Source of the DNA: Candidatus Micrarchaeia archaeon
Lineage (GTDB): Archaea; Micrarchaeota; Micrarchaeia; Micrarchaeales; CABMGC01
Reading direction: 5' to 3'
Length of the DNA stretch: 22,342 nucleotides
NCBI GenBank assembly: GCA_049976305.1
Contig: JBMFIM010000013.1
Coordinates: 1-22,342 of the forward strand
The position numbers were made by a program, and so were the translations under genes. The notes beneath the pieces are model-generated. The model was given only the letters and a program-made list of their open reading frames with translations. It was not told where the DNA came from and did no database searches. Below are positions 1 through 8,087 of this stretch, one piece after another. Position 1 is the first letter of the stretch. Each line of letters starts with the position of its first letter.

Positions 1-427
1 CTTCGAACTGCTCTATGCTGAAGTTGCTTACGCCTATGTGCCTGACCTTGCCAGCGTCTACCAATTCCTCAAACGCCCTCATGGTTTGCGCTATGGGCAC
101 TTCGTATGATGGCCAGTGTACAAGGTAAAGGTCTATGTAGCTTGTGCCAAGCCTTCTCAGGCTGGCTTCGCAGGCTTTTATGCAGGCATCGTGCGAAAGA
201 TGGTTTGTCCACACTTTGTCTATTATAAAAACCTTGCTCCTATCATAGCCCTTTATGCTTTCAGCAACTATGCCTTCTGTACCATACATTTCAGCAGTGT
301 CTATGAGCCCGCTGTCGTGTTCTATAAAATATCTTATTGCTTCAATTCCATTTCTATCAATCGCCCAAGTTCCGATTCCTATTGCAGGAATCTTCTCCTT
401 AGTGTTGCCTAGAAACTTATAAATCAA
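1..427 (-). CDS. Aldo/keto reductase (5' part; runs off the left edge of the window)
   Basis: Manual translation from TTG at 427: MIYKFLGNTKEKIPAIGIGTW...LIDTAEMYG...KVW...SLRRLGTSYIDLYLVHWP...GKVRHIGVSNF, the classic AKR motifs. Not in the ORF track because no stop lies in the window. Confidence 0.93.
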   Translation of the reverse strand, partial: MIYKFLGNTKEKIPAIGIGTWAIDRNGIEAIRYFIEHDSGLIDTAEMYGTEGIVAESIKGYDRSKVFIIDKVWTNHLSHDACIKACEASLRRLGTSYIDLYLVHWPSYEVPIAQTMRAFEELVDAGKVRHIGVSNFSIEQFE

Positions 428-492
428 GCTAATCGTCAACTCAACAATATGCACAAAATGAATTTAAGCTTTTGCCAGGCACCATTTTAAAC

Positions 493-678
493 ATGGCAAC
501 AGAATTCAGAGTAAGGCTTTGCAAGAGGGAAGACGACTACTGCCCAGACGTCGTGCTGAAATTCGATGAAGGCGTAGTCTACATAGGCGAAGACCAGAAT
601 ATGGTGAAGCTTACAAAGGATCAGTGGAACATACTGGTAGAGAAAGTAAAGGAAGGCCAGCTCACAGAAATGAAATAA
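493..678 (+). CDS. Small hypothetical protein, possibly DUF397-like fold
   Basis: ATG at 493 inside ORF 472..678; pattern C-x6-CPDV...IGED..VKLTKDQWNILVEKVKEG; coding-like composition, divergent from the AKR gene. Confidence 0.65.
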   Translation: MATEFRVRLCKREDDYCPDVVLKFDEGVVYIGEDQNMVKLTKDQWNILVEKVKEGQLTEMK

Positions 679-722
679 GGTAGCTGCTATGCTAGTTCTT
701 TCCTGCCTTTGCCTAGCTTTAG

Positions 723-2192
723 CTATGAAAGAAGCTCGTTTATCTTTGGATAGGCTTCCAGTGCATGCTCTTTCTCTATCTGCTGGTAAAGCATGTACAT
801 TATTCCGACAGTGAGAAGAACGCCTATGCCAGTGCCTACCGCGCCAGTAAGCGTGGCAAACACAGCAAGCAACGCCACTATTATGCTGCCCAGTACCGTT
901 ATTACCGGTATGTACTTGTTGAGCAACGCCTCGGTTATCCTTGGGTCCCTCCTGAACCCAGGAATTTGCCAGCCTGCTGATTGAAGCTGCTCTGCAACGT
1001 TCTTAGGGCTCTGGCCCGTCATTTCTATCCAGAACTTGCCAAAGAGAATTGAGAGGAGCACAAAAACTATGGTAAAGACAACTATGTGAACCCATTCAGG
1101 AACCTGCACCAATGCCCCATTTGGCAAGTAGAGCGGGCTTGTGTGAGTGGCAAGGTATGTGAAATATACTCCGTAGCCGCCTATGCCTCCAAAGGTTGTG
1201 GAATAAGGAAGAGGGAAGTTCGGAGAAATAAGGTAAAGAAGACCTCCAACAAGCTCAGGCGATACCGCGCCGGTTGTGGTAGGCACAAACTGGTAGTAGG
1301 CAAAGAATCTAGCCAAGTACATGAGGCTGCCCGAGACATGGGCAAAAAGCGCAAACCAGAATGTCAGCGAGGCAAGGAGGGAATAGGTCAGTATTACTGG
1401 CAAAACGCTGACATAAAGCAACGGTATTGGCAGCCTGCCCCCTACGCCCCTGAATTGCGAGAACACCATGGGCAATTCTACCTTGAGGTTGAAGACATAG
1501 ATGCTTATTATCAAAACCACTATGGCAGAGAATAGAGGGCCAAAAGCAGCAAGAGCGTTTGGCAATGCTGCTGCGCCGCCTGCAGCAATTGCTTGAGCAG
1601 CTTCAGCCCCAAGCACGTTTATAGTGCCAGCTATTATTGCATAAGACACTCCGCCTGCTATGAAGAGGTTGATACCAGAGGTTATGCCGTATTTTGTCAT
1701 TGCTTCGTCCAAGTATATTATGATTATGGATGTGATTGCAAGCTGTGCAACTACAATCCAGTAGAATCCAGGCTGTGGAGGCGCATAGCCCGCATTTACA
1801 AATACCATCGCCTCTATTACCGCAATAACCATTGCTGAAAGCTTCTGCAGGCCTTGGAACCTGCCCCTTACCTCTGTATCGTGAAGGTCTACGTTTATCA
1901 CTCCAGAGCCTATGATTAGTTGTAGGACTATGCTTGCGATCACTATAGGCCCAATGCCCACAGTGGTCAAGTAGCCTATCCTAGAGGCAAAGATTATGCT
2001 TATGAGCTGGAGCACAGGTTGGTTTATTGACTGTATGCTAACTCCCCATGCCGGGGTGCTGAACATTAGGAAGAATATACCCATTATTATTCCAGTCCAC
2101 ACCATCTTCTCTCTAAACGAGAGCGGTGTAGAGGGCCTTTTGATAGTAGGCACGTATTTCAGGATGGGGTCCAGGCTGTGGAGATCGGTCAT
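723..2192 (-). CDS. secY: Preprotein translocase subunit SecY (Sec61 alpha)
   Basis: Archaeal SecY motifs LSFREKMVWT, GIGPIV, KYGITSGINLFIAG, PIPLLYVSVLPVIL, IPGFRRDPR, GTGIGVLLTVGI; about 10 TM segments; GGTG RBS-like sequence upstream. Confidence 0.97.
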   Translation of the reverse strand: MTDLHSLDPILKYVPTIKRPSTPLSFREKMVWTGIIMGIFFLMFSTPAWGVSIQSINQPVLQLISIIFASRIGYLTTVGIGPIVIASIVLQLIIGSGVINVDLHDTEVRGRFQGLQKLSAMVIAVIEAMVFVNAGYAPPQPGFYWIVVAQLAITSIIIIYLDEAMTKYGITSGINLFIAGGVSYAIIAGTINVLGAEAAQAIAAGGAAALPNALAAFGPLFSAIVVLIISIYVFNLKVELPMVFSQFRGVGGRLPIPLLYVSVLPVILTYSLLASLTFWFALFAHVSGSLMYLARFFAYYQFVPTTTGAVSPELVGGLLYLISPNFPLPYSTTFGGIGGYGVYFTYLATHTSPLYLPNGALVQVPEWVHIVVFTIVFVLLSILFGKFWIEMTGQSPKNVAEQLQSAGWQIPGFRRDPRITEALLNKYIPVITVLGSIIVALLAVFATLTGAVGTGIGVLLTVGIMYMLYQQIEKEHALEAYPKINELLS

Positions 2193-2194
2193 TC

Positions 2195-3070
2195 TTACAC
2201 CAATCTTAGCCTTAGCTCGTAGCGCCCTCTGCTTAGATGCTGCTCAACTGCAACGCTTTTCTTGAATCTTGACTGCATGTAGCCACGCAAAAGCATGCTC
2301 GACACCAGCACGTAGCCGCTATGCGAGAGCAAATGCGAATAGCTTAGTATCATCTCACTATTGGACATTTTTCCATCAACCTGCAAATAGCTGGCAAGCT
2401 GCACAGCGTCAACGCCTTTATAGCCTAGCCTCTTGCCTAGCAGATATGCTAGTTTGGCAGATGAGCTTAATAAAGGTTGCTGGAGTATGGGCAGGAAGCT
2501 TAGAAAGTAGTAGTTTTCGCAGGCTTTGCTGTGGCCTATCGACCTTTCTATCATCTCGGCCGCTTTCGAGAAGTCTGCTATGGCAATGCTTTGCGGCGCG
2601 TTGCCAACACCTATGAGGAATGTGCACTTGCCGCCGTTGAGAAGGCAGTGTGTTTCTTCTGCACCAAGCGCCTTGCCGGTTTTTGCTGAGAAAAAGCCTG
2701 CGAGCACGCCTGCTTCGTATATGTGCATGTTCATCCCGGCATTAACTTCGCTGCTTGCTGTTGCTATGGCTATGGCCTCGTGCTCTGCAGGATTGTATAG
2801 AAGCTTGCCAAAGCCTGCATGCTCAAACAGCTCTTGCAGCTTATCAAGCTCGAAATGCTTTGCAAAAAGCTCGCCAAGCGCAAAGCCTGCTTTGTAGCCA
2901 AACTGCCTTGTCTCGTTTGTGAAGTTGTAGATTATGCTTTGAAGGCTTGCGAACTGCTCGCCATGCTCTTTGCTTTTAAGGATTTGGCTGAGCAGGTAAA
3001 ACTCTGTGCTCTTTGGCATTTCTGCACTTGCCCTGGCTATGCGCCTAGCCCCTGCTTTTTTTGCCCTCAT
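2195..3070 (-). CDS. V4R (4-vinyl reductase) domain-containing protein
   Basis: GYKAGFALG...GFGKL...HIYEAGVLAGFFS...EETHCLLNGGKCTF fits the V4R pattern (E-x2-C-x3-G-x2/3-C-x-F); tightly packed between its neighbours. Confidence 0.75.
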   Translation of the reverse strand: MRAKKAGARRIARASAEMPKSTEFYLLSQILKSKEHGEQFASLQSIIYNFTNETRQFGYKAGFALGELFAKHFELDKLQELFEHAGFGKLLYNPAEHEAIAIATASSEVNAGMNMHIYEAGVLAGFFSAKTGKALGAEETHCLLNGGKCTFLIGVGNAPQSIAIADFSKAAEMIERSIGHSKACENYYFLSFLPILQQPLLSSSAKLAYLLGKRLGYKGVDAVQLASYLQVDGKMSNSEMILSYSHLLSHSGYVLVSSMLLRGYMQSRFKKSVAVEQHLSRGRYELRLRLV

Positions 3071-3542
3071 TGAAACGCCTTAGGCTTCCCAGTTGGTAAT
3101 ACATAAGCAAAAGATTTATTATTATGAGAGAGGTCACAAGCAGGGAATTGTACCTTGCAAGGGTTGTTGATATGGCAACTGCCTGGAGGGCATTGAAGCC
3201 TAGAGTAAGTAGGAAAGGAGTTAGAAGCGCAGACCCGCAGCCACAGCTTACTACTAGGCCTCCAACTATGGGCGTTAGCGTGCTGACGCTGCACGTAGCT
3301 ATTTGGGAAGAGCGCCTGTAAGCGGCAACGCCGTATATGCCTATTGTCAGCGTTATGGCACCTGTTGCTACGAGTAGGTAAATAAGGTACATTGGAACAG
3401 TGACTAGGAAAAGGCCCGCATTGAGTTTTGCAAAAAGATAAAACAAGAAGTAATATGCTGCTGCCCCTGCTATCGCTGTTGCAATGTAAGCTGGGCTTTT
3501 GAAGATTCTTGCCAAAATGCTTAGCCTTTGGCTTTTTGGCAT
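3045..3542 (-). CDS. Membrane protein (about 4 TM) with C-x16-CGC motif
   Basis: ORF 3045..3569; likelier start is ATG 3542, just after the DUF929 stop; hydrophobic helices; ATCS...SCGCGS. Confidence 0.75.
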   Translation of the reverse strand: MPKSQRLSILARIFKSPAYIATAIAGAAAYYFLFYLFAKLNAGLFLVTVPMYLIYLLVATGAITLTIGIYGVAAYRRSSQIATCSVSTLTPIVGGLVVSCGCGSALLTPFLLTLGFNALQAVAISTTLARYNSLLVTSLIIINLLLMYYQLGSLRRFNEGKKSRG

Positions 3543-3549
3543 CTTGCCA

Positions 3550-4647
3550 CTAGTATCCAAGCTTTTCAAGCTGCTGAATAGCTGGCAGCGTGCACACAGG
3601 AGCAGTGTTGTTTATGCTGCTGCACACCATAGCCACGTACAAGTCAGCGCCTGCGTACTCGGTCCAGGCAAATTGGTCGTTAGGGTTTGCAAGCTGCGCC
3701 AGTACTTGCTCGTGCGTCATATTGGTAAGCGGAAATGAATTGCCTGTCGGCATCGAGTTTCCAAGGTCTATAGCGTCAGCTCCGCCAACTTGATAATTGC
3801 CCCATATTGTATAAGGCGTGCCCTGGAATGAAGTGCTAGAGTTCTTGCTAAGGTCGTTGAAAATGTAGTTTACAGCATCTTCATATGCCAAATTCCCAGT
3901 TGCGTTGGCATTTGCCTCTATTACCGAAATAGGGTTGAGGTTGAAGCCCTGAGTTATTGGATCTTCATCTTCTATAGAGATGAAATTTATGTACTTGCTG
4001 TGGTAGAAGTTGCCAAACGAATCTGTGCCAGACGAGTTGTAGTTTGCAGGAGCCCAGTAGACTGTAGGCAAGTCTCCGTCGCCAAAAGCGCTGTAGCCCT
4101 TGAATAGAGCGCTGAAGTTGCCGAACCTTGAAAGTGCAAGCGCCATAGCCCATTTGTTTTCGCCGCAGAATAAGCACGTTATCGAGCCAAGATATATCAC
4201 GCTTGGCTTGCCGTTTACTATGAAAGCAGGAACAATGTTGGCGTGTGCACCAACCACGTTCTTTATGGACCTGTTGAGAAGCATCTCTCCAGCGATTTCG
4301 AAGTAAGAATTTGGCGCGTTGTTTATTACTGCAAGCTCTGTGGAGTTGAATGGCTGGTTTATGTTAGTGAGCCTGTGGCCGAATGGCTGCTGCTGAGTTA
4401 TCACAGGCGCCGATGGCAAATACATAGGCGGAGTTATAAGGCTGCTTTGTATGTTGTAGCCCACTAGCTTAGCTGCCGGCGCTACCGTAGTGGTCGCTTG
4501 CACTTGCGTTGGTGAAGCAGGCTTTGCCACAAGAGCCAATACTGCAACTGCCAGAGCAACAACGGCAATAGCCAGAGCTGCATAAGATAATTTTCGATTG
4601 CTTGACTCTTCCTTCTCAAGCTTTCGCTCTTCCCTGTTTTCCTCCAT
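3550..4647 (-). CDS. DUF929-family membrane-anchored thioredoxin-like protein
   Basis: N-terminal TM anchor; NGKPSVIYLGSITCLFCGENKWAMALALSRFGNFS matches the DUF929 core (CxxC...W...ALSRFG); GTP (cis-Pro-like); C-terminal C-x8-C. Confidence 0.82.
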   Translation of the reverse strand: MEENREERKLEKEESSNRKLSYAALAIAVVALAVAVLALVAKPASPTQVQATTTVAPAAKLVGYNIQSSLITPPMYLPSAPVITQQQPFGHRLTNINQPFNSTELAVINNAPNSYFEIAGEMLLNRSIKNVVGAHANIVPAFIVNGKPSVIYLGSITCLFCGENKWAMALALSRFGNFSALFKGYSAFGDGDLPTVYWAPANYNSSGTDSFGNFYHSKYINFISIEDEDPITQGFNLNPISVIEANANATGNLAYEDAVNYIFNDLSKNSSTSFQGTPYTIWGNYQVGGADAIDLGNSMPTGNSFPLTNMTHEQVLAQLANPNDQFAWTEYAGADLYVAMVCSSINNTAPVCTLPAIQQLEKLGY

Positions 4648-4675
4648 AATATCCTGAATTGTTACGCAAAGAAAG

Positions 4676-4690
4676 TATATAAGCCTTTAT
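4676..4690 (-). promoter_or_regulatory. Putative BRE/TATA promoter of the DUF929-secY unit
   Basis: Minus strand ATAAAGGC-TTATATA about 30 nt upstream of ATG 4647. Confidence 0.5.
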
Positions 4691-4708
4691 GGGCTTTCGA
4701 TATTCGCA

Positions 4709-5620
4709 TCAGAGCCTTGCTAGCATGAAAGCAACAAGGAAGCTTAGCAGCACGCTTGCCAGCCAAATCGAGACAATGGCATAAGCAGGCTTTCTTTGCA
4801 TGAGTCTAGCCTTGTAGCTATAGCCTACCCCGTAGAGGCTTGCCGTGAATGTTTGTGTGTTTGAAAGTGGTACGCCAAGCAAAGTAGCGGCTTCAACCTC
4901 CAAAGCAGAGACTGCTTGCGAAAGGAGGGCGTTAAGATAGCGAATGCTTACTATTTCATTGCCAAGCCTTCTTAGCTCGCCCTCGCTCAAAAATATGCTG
5001 CCTATAAAGATTGCAAGCACTGCTATTGTTAGCTTATACCAATACTGAACCGGTATAGAGGCGAAGAGCAGGCCCAATGTGTTGGCGCCAAGTGTGAAAG
5101 AGGTAAAGAAAGAAACGGCAACAAGCCAAAGCTTTATCTGGCCAACCCTTTTCCACAAATGGCCTTTTCTAAGCTTTCTTGTAAAATAGTGCAGCAGGGG
5201 CTTCATTGTGAACAAAGAAACAAGCGGGACAACGACCCAGAACGCAGCTATTAAAGCAATAAACAAGACATTCACATTCATGCCCATTCCGAAGCCAAGG
5301 CCCACAAGCATGCCAGTAAAAACGATCGTCAGCGAAAGTGGCACCCTGAACTTGTGTGCAAGCAAGAAAACCGCTATTGCAATCGCAAATGCCTCTGAAA
5401 GAAGCAGATTGTTCTCAACAGGCATAAGGGCATTTACTCCCCTTTTTAAGAAGGTGCCTTCTAAAGCTAGGCCTGCTACATAGCCTGCTATGGCTATTCC
5501 AATGCCCATCCTTTTGCTAGTTATCCTGCCGCCTATTATTGCGCCTGTGCATGCTGAGAGGTTGTTTCCAGATACCAAAGCAACAAGGACAAAAAACAAG
5601 GCAAGGAGTATTATTAGCAA
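4709..5620 (-). CDS. pit: Inorganic phosphate transporter, PiT family
   Basis: Duplicated PiT signatures SGNNLSA and GANTLG, VPLSLT and GVPLSNTQ; highly hydrophobic; directly downstream of DUF47. Confidence 0.88.
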   Translation of the reverse strand: MLIILLALFFVLVALVSGNNLSACTGAIIGGRITSKRMGIGIAIAGYVAGLALEGTFLKRGVNALMPVENNLLLSEAFAIAIAVFLLAHKFRVPLSLTIVFTGMLVGLGFGMGMNVNVLFIALIAAFWVVVPLVSLFTMKPLLHYFTRKLRKGHLWKRVGQIKLWLVAVSFFTSFTLGANTLGLLFASIPVQYWYKLTIAVLAIFIGSIFLSEGELRRLGNEIVSIRYLNALLSQAVSALEVEAATLLGVPLSNTQTFTASLYGVGYSYKARLMQRKPAYAIVSIWLASVLLSFLVAFMLARL

Positions 5621-5627
5621 GCAACCA

Positions 5628-6251
5628 CTAGCTTATCAGCGAGGAGAGAATGGTAAGGTACATGTCTGCAGAATCTTCGCAGTTGTCCAGCACATCGTCT
5701 AGCAGGTGTGCTATCTCGAAGGTGTGGTAGAAGTCCTTGAAGTTTCTCTCTTGGGCATAAGCATAGTCGAACAGCGCATCTTTTACTTCGTCACCTTGTT
5801 CCTCTATAAGCTCTATCTCGCTTCTGAGCTTCTTTATCTCTATTATGCTATCGCTCGATTGCATCTTATGAAGAAGCTGCAAAGCTTTATCTGCAAAAGC
5901 ATTCATCTTGACTATTGCTTCTTTGACTTTCGCCTCAGCCTTTGTATCTTTTAGCGAATACCTGGCATATTCCCTCGCAAAGTTGTATATTGCGTCTACT
6001 ATCCCATCCTCTTTGTCTATGAGTGCTAGCATGTCGTCTATAAGGTTTGGCGCTATCCCGCCGGAGGTTATGAGGTTAGCTATCTCAAACACAATCTTGT
6101 CAGAATTCTCCTCTATTTCATGTATCTTTGTTATGTCTTTATTGAGCTTCGCAGCCTCAGCATTCGCCTTTATTGCTAGCTCAACAATCCTGTTGCACAT
6201 CCTGAATATGCCCTCTTCACCCCCTTGGAAGAAATCCTTCAAAAATGACAT
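5628..6251 (-). CDS. DUF47/PhoU-like phosphate transport regulator
   Basis: Repeated helical motifs IHEIEENSDK...DKEDGIVD and IELIEEQGDEVK...DDVLDNCEDSAD; canonical pairing with PiT. Confidence 0.88.
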   Translation of the reverse strand: MSFLKDFFQGGEEGIFRMCNRIVELAIKANAEAAKLNKDITKIHEIEENSDKIVFEIANLITSGGIAPNLIDDMLALIDKEDGIVDAIYNFAREYARYSLKDTKAEAKVKEAIVKMNAFADKALQLLHKMQSSDSIIEIKKLRSEIELIEEQGDEVKDALFDYAYAQERNFKDFYHTFEIAHLLDDVLDNCEDSADMYLTILSSLIS

Positions 6252-6298
6252 GTTAAAGGATAAGTAACAAAATAATAAAATACCATTTTATGGCTCTG

Positions 6299-6970
6299 CT
6301 AGTTGCTTACCCTCTTACTTTCATATTTGCACATGCTTCTTACAGGGCATTTGCTGCATAGGGGCTTTTTCCTGCAGTAGTTCTTTGCAAGCTCTACGAA
6401 CTGTGCGTGGAAGTCTTTGTAAAGGTCTATGCTTTCTGGCAATACGTCAAAAATCCTTTGCACTTCTTCATAGCCCATCCTCTCAGCATTAATTCCGAAG
6501 ACTCTGCTCAGAATCCTGCGCGTATAAGCATCAATTACAAATACCGGCATATTGCCTGCGTAAAGGAGCATTGAGTCTGCCGTTTCTTTGCCAATTCCGC
6601 CAATGCCAAGCAGTTCCCTTCTCGGTTCTTTGCTTTTCTCGAAGAAAGAATCTATGCTGCCATAGTTCGAGACTATGTATGCTGAGAAGGATTTGAGCCT
6701 TTTTGCCTTCTGCCTGAAAAAGCCGCTAGATCTAATTGCCCTTTCTACCCTGCTTAATTTTGCTTCCGCAATGGCCTTTAAGCTTAGCAGTCTGTATGCT
6801 TCAAGCCTTGCTATCGCCTTTTCCACATTCTTCCAGCTCGTGTTCTGCGTGAGAATGGCGCCTATCACCATTTCGTCATTGCTCTTTGCAGGCCACCAAT
6901 TCAAGAATCCAAAATGTCTGCGCAGCTTGGAATATAGCTCAAGCAGCTGCTTTCTAGAAAGCTGAGGCAT
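6299..6970 (-). CDS. Endonuclease III-related HhH-GPD DNA glycosylase with 4Fe-4S cluster
   Basis: WWP...GAILTQNTSWKNV, GFFRQKA, HhH LLGIGGIGKETADSMLLYA, VIDAY, C-x6-C-x2-C-x5-C cluster. Confidence 0.92.
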   Translation of the reverse strand: MPQLSRKQLLELYSKLRRHFGFLNWWPAKSNDEMVIGAILTQNTSWKNVEKAIARLEAYRLLSLKAIAEAKLSRVERAIRSSGFFRQKAKRLKSFSAYIVSNYGSIDSFFEKSKEPRRELLGIGGIGKETADSMLLYAGNMPVFVIDAYTRRILSRVFGINAERMGYEEVQRIFDVLPESIDLYKDFHAQFVELAKNYCRKKPLCSKCPVRSMCKYESKRVSN

Positions 6971-6987
6971 GTCAATGCCTAGCTAGG

Positions 6988-7458
6988 CTATATTTTGAGC
7001 TCTCCGGATTCTAGCTTTCTAAGGGCTTCTTTTGCATCTATTCCCTCTACTGTCACGCCCATGCTCTTGCATGTGCCTATTATCTGCTTTATTCTTTCCT
7101 TCTCGCTTCTTCCATACAGGGCTGCCGATTTCATCTTGGCTATTTTCTTTATCTGTTCTAGCGTTATATTGCCCACTTTCTCATCTTTGCCCTTCGCACC
7201 CTTCTGTATGCCAAGCTCCTTCAGTATAAGCGCACTTGTTGGAGGAAGCCCAACTTCTATAGTATATGCCTTGGTGTCAGTGTTCACTACCACCTTCACC
7301 GGAACCTTGATCCCAGCAAAGTCTGCTGTCTTCTGGTTTATTTCGGCAACGATTTTGCCTATGTTCACTCCAAGAGGGCCTAGCGCAGGACCGAATGGCG
7401 GCCCTGTGGTTGCTTTACCTCCTTCTATCAAACCATTTATTGTTACCTCTCCCATCAA
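6988..7458 (-). CDS. rpl11: 50S ribosomal protein uL11
   Basis: GGKATTGPPFGPALGPLGVN, PPTSALILKELG, IIGTCKSMGVTVEG. Confidence 0.98.
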   Translation of the reverse strand: MMGEVTINGLIEGGKATTGPPFGPALGPLGVNIGKIVAEINQKTADFAGIKVPVKVVVNTDTKAYTIEVGLPPTSALILKELGIQKGAKGKDEKVGNITLEQIKKIAKMKSAALYGRSEKERIKQIIGTCKSMGVTVEGIDAKEALRKLESGELKI

Positions 7459-7463
7459 AACAC

Positions 7464-7907
7464 CTAGCTTTGCTGCTTCTGGATTATCTTTGCAGCGCTT
7501 GCCTTTGTAGTTACAGGTATTGGCACTGCTACATCCATAAGCTCAACAGTAATCTCATCTTTGCCCTTTTCAGCTTTTATTACTTTCGCCTTGTAGCCCT
7601 TGAATGGTCCAGATACGAACTCCACAATGTCGCCGCTGCCTATTTCCTGCACGGTGCTTTTCACTGCCAGCATCTTGTCGAGCTCCTCTTCGCTAAGTGG
7701 CGTGGGCAATGCGCCTTTCATGTGCGGCTCATCTTGTATAAGCTCTTTGATTGTGTTGAAGCTGTCTGCCTCAACTATAAGGTAGCCGCGCATGCCCTCA
7801 GATACCACTATCGCGTTTACTGGTAGCCCAAGCTTTTCTATCTTATTCTGGAGTATGTCGGCAGATATTCTTTCCTGACTTGAGGTTACGCGTATGATAT
7901 AATACAC
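7464..7907 (-). CDS. spt5: Transcription elongation factor Spt5 (NusG)
   Basis: NGN domain (GMRGYLIVEA) plus KOW motif (GDIVEFVSGPFKGYKAKV), C-terminal VPIPVT; GTG start; lies upstream of rpl11. Confidence 0.96.
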   Translation of the reverse strand: MYYIIRVTSSQERISADILQNKIEKLGLPVNAIVVSEGMRGYLIVEADSFNTIKELIQDEPHMKGALPTPLSEEELDKMLAVKSTVQEIGSGDIVEFVSGPFKGYKAKVIKAEKGKDEITVELMDVAVPIPVTTKASAAKIIQKQQS

Positions 7908-8087
7908 TTTACCACTTCAATACTTGGCGCTGTTCTAGTTGCAAAACCTAGAAGCCAAGTTTGGCATTACTTATTTATTTCATTATGTTTTTTAATCATA
8001 CTGTTTGGCCTCCTTTTTGTTTTCCTTTCAGTCATTGCACTTATGATACGCTTTTAAAGTTTATCTGTAAAAATTATTCCTGATTTT

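Noticed and set aside
116..412. 98-aa + strand ORF
   Set aside because: Antisense shadow of the aldo/keto reductase.
7908..8087. Unannotated secE upstream of spt5
   Set aside because: No ORF with a SecE motif plus TM helix; looks like an AT-rich divergent promoter region.
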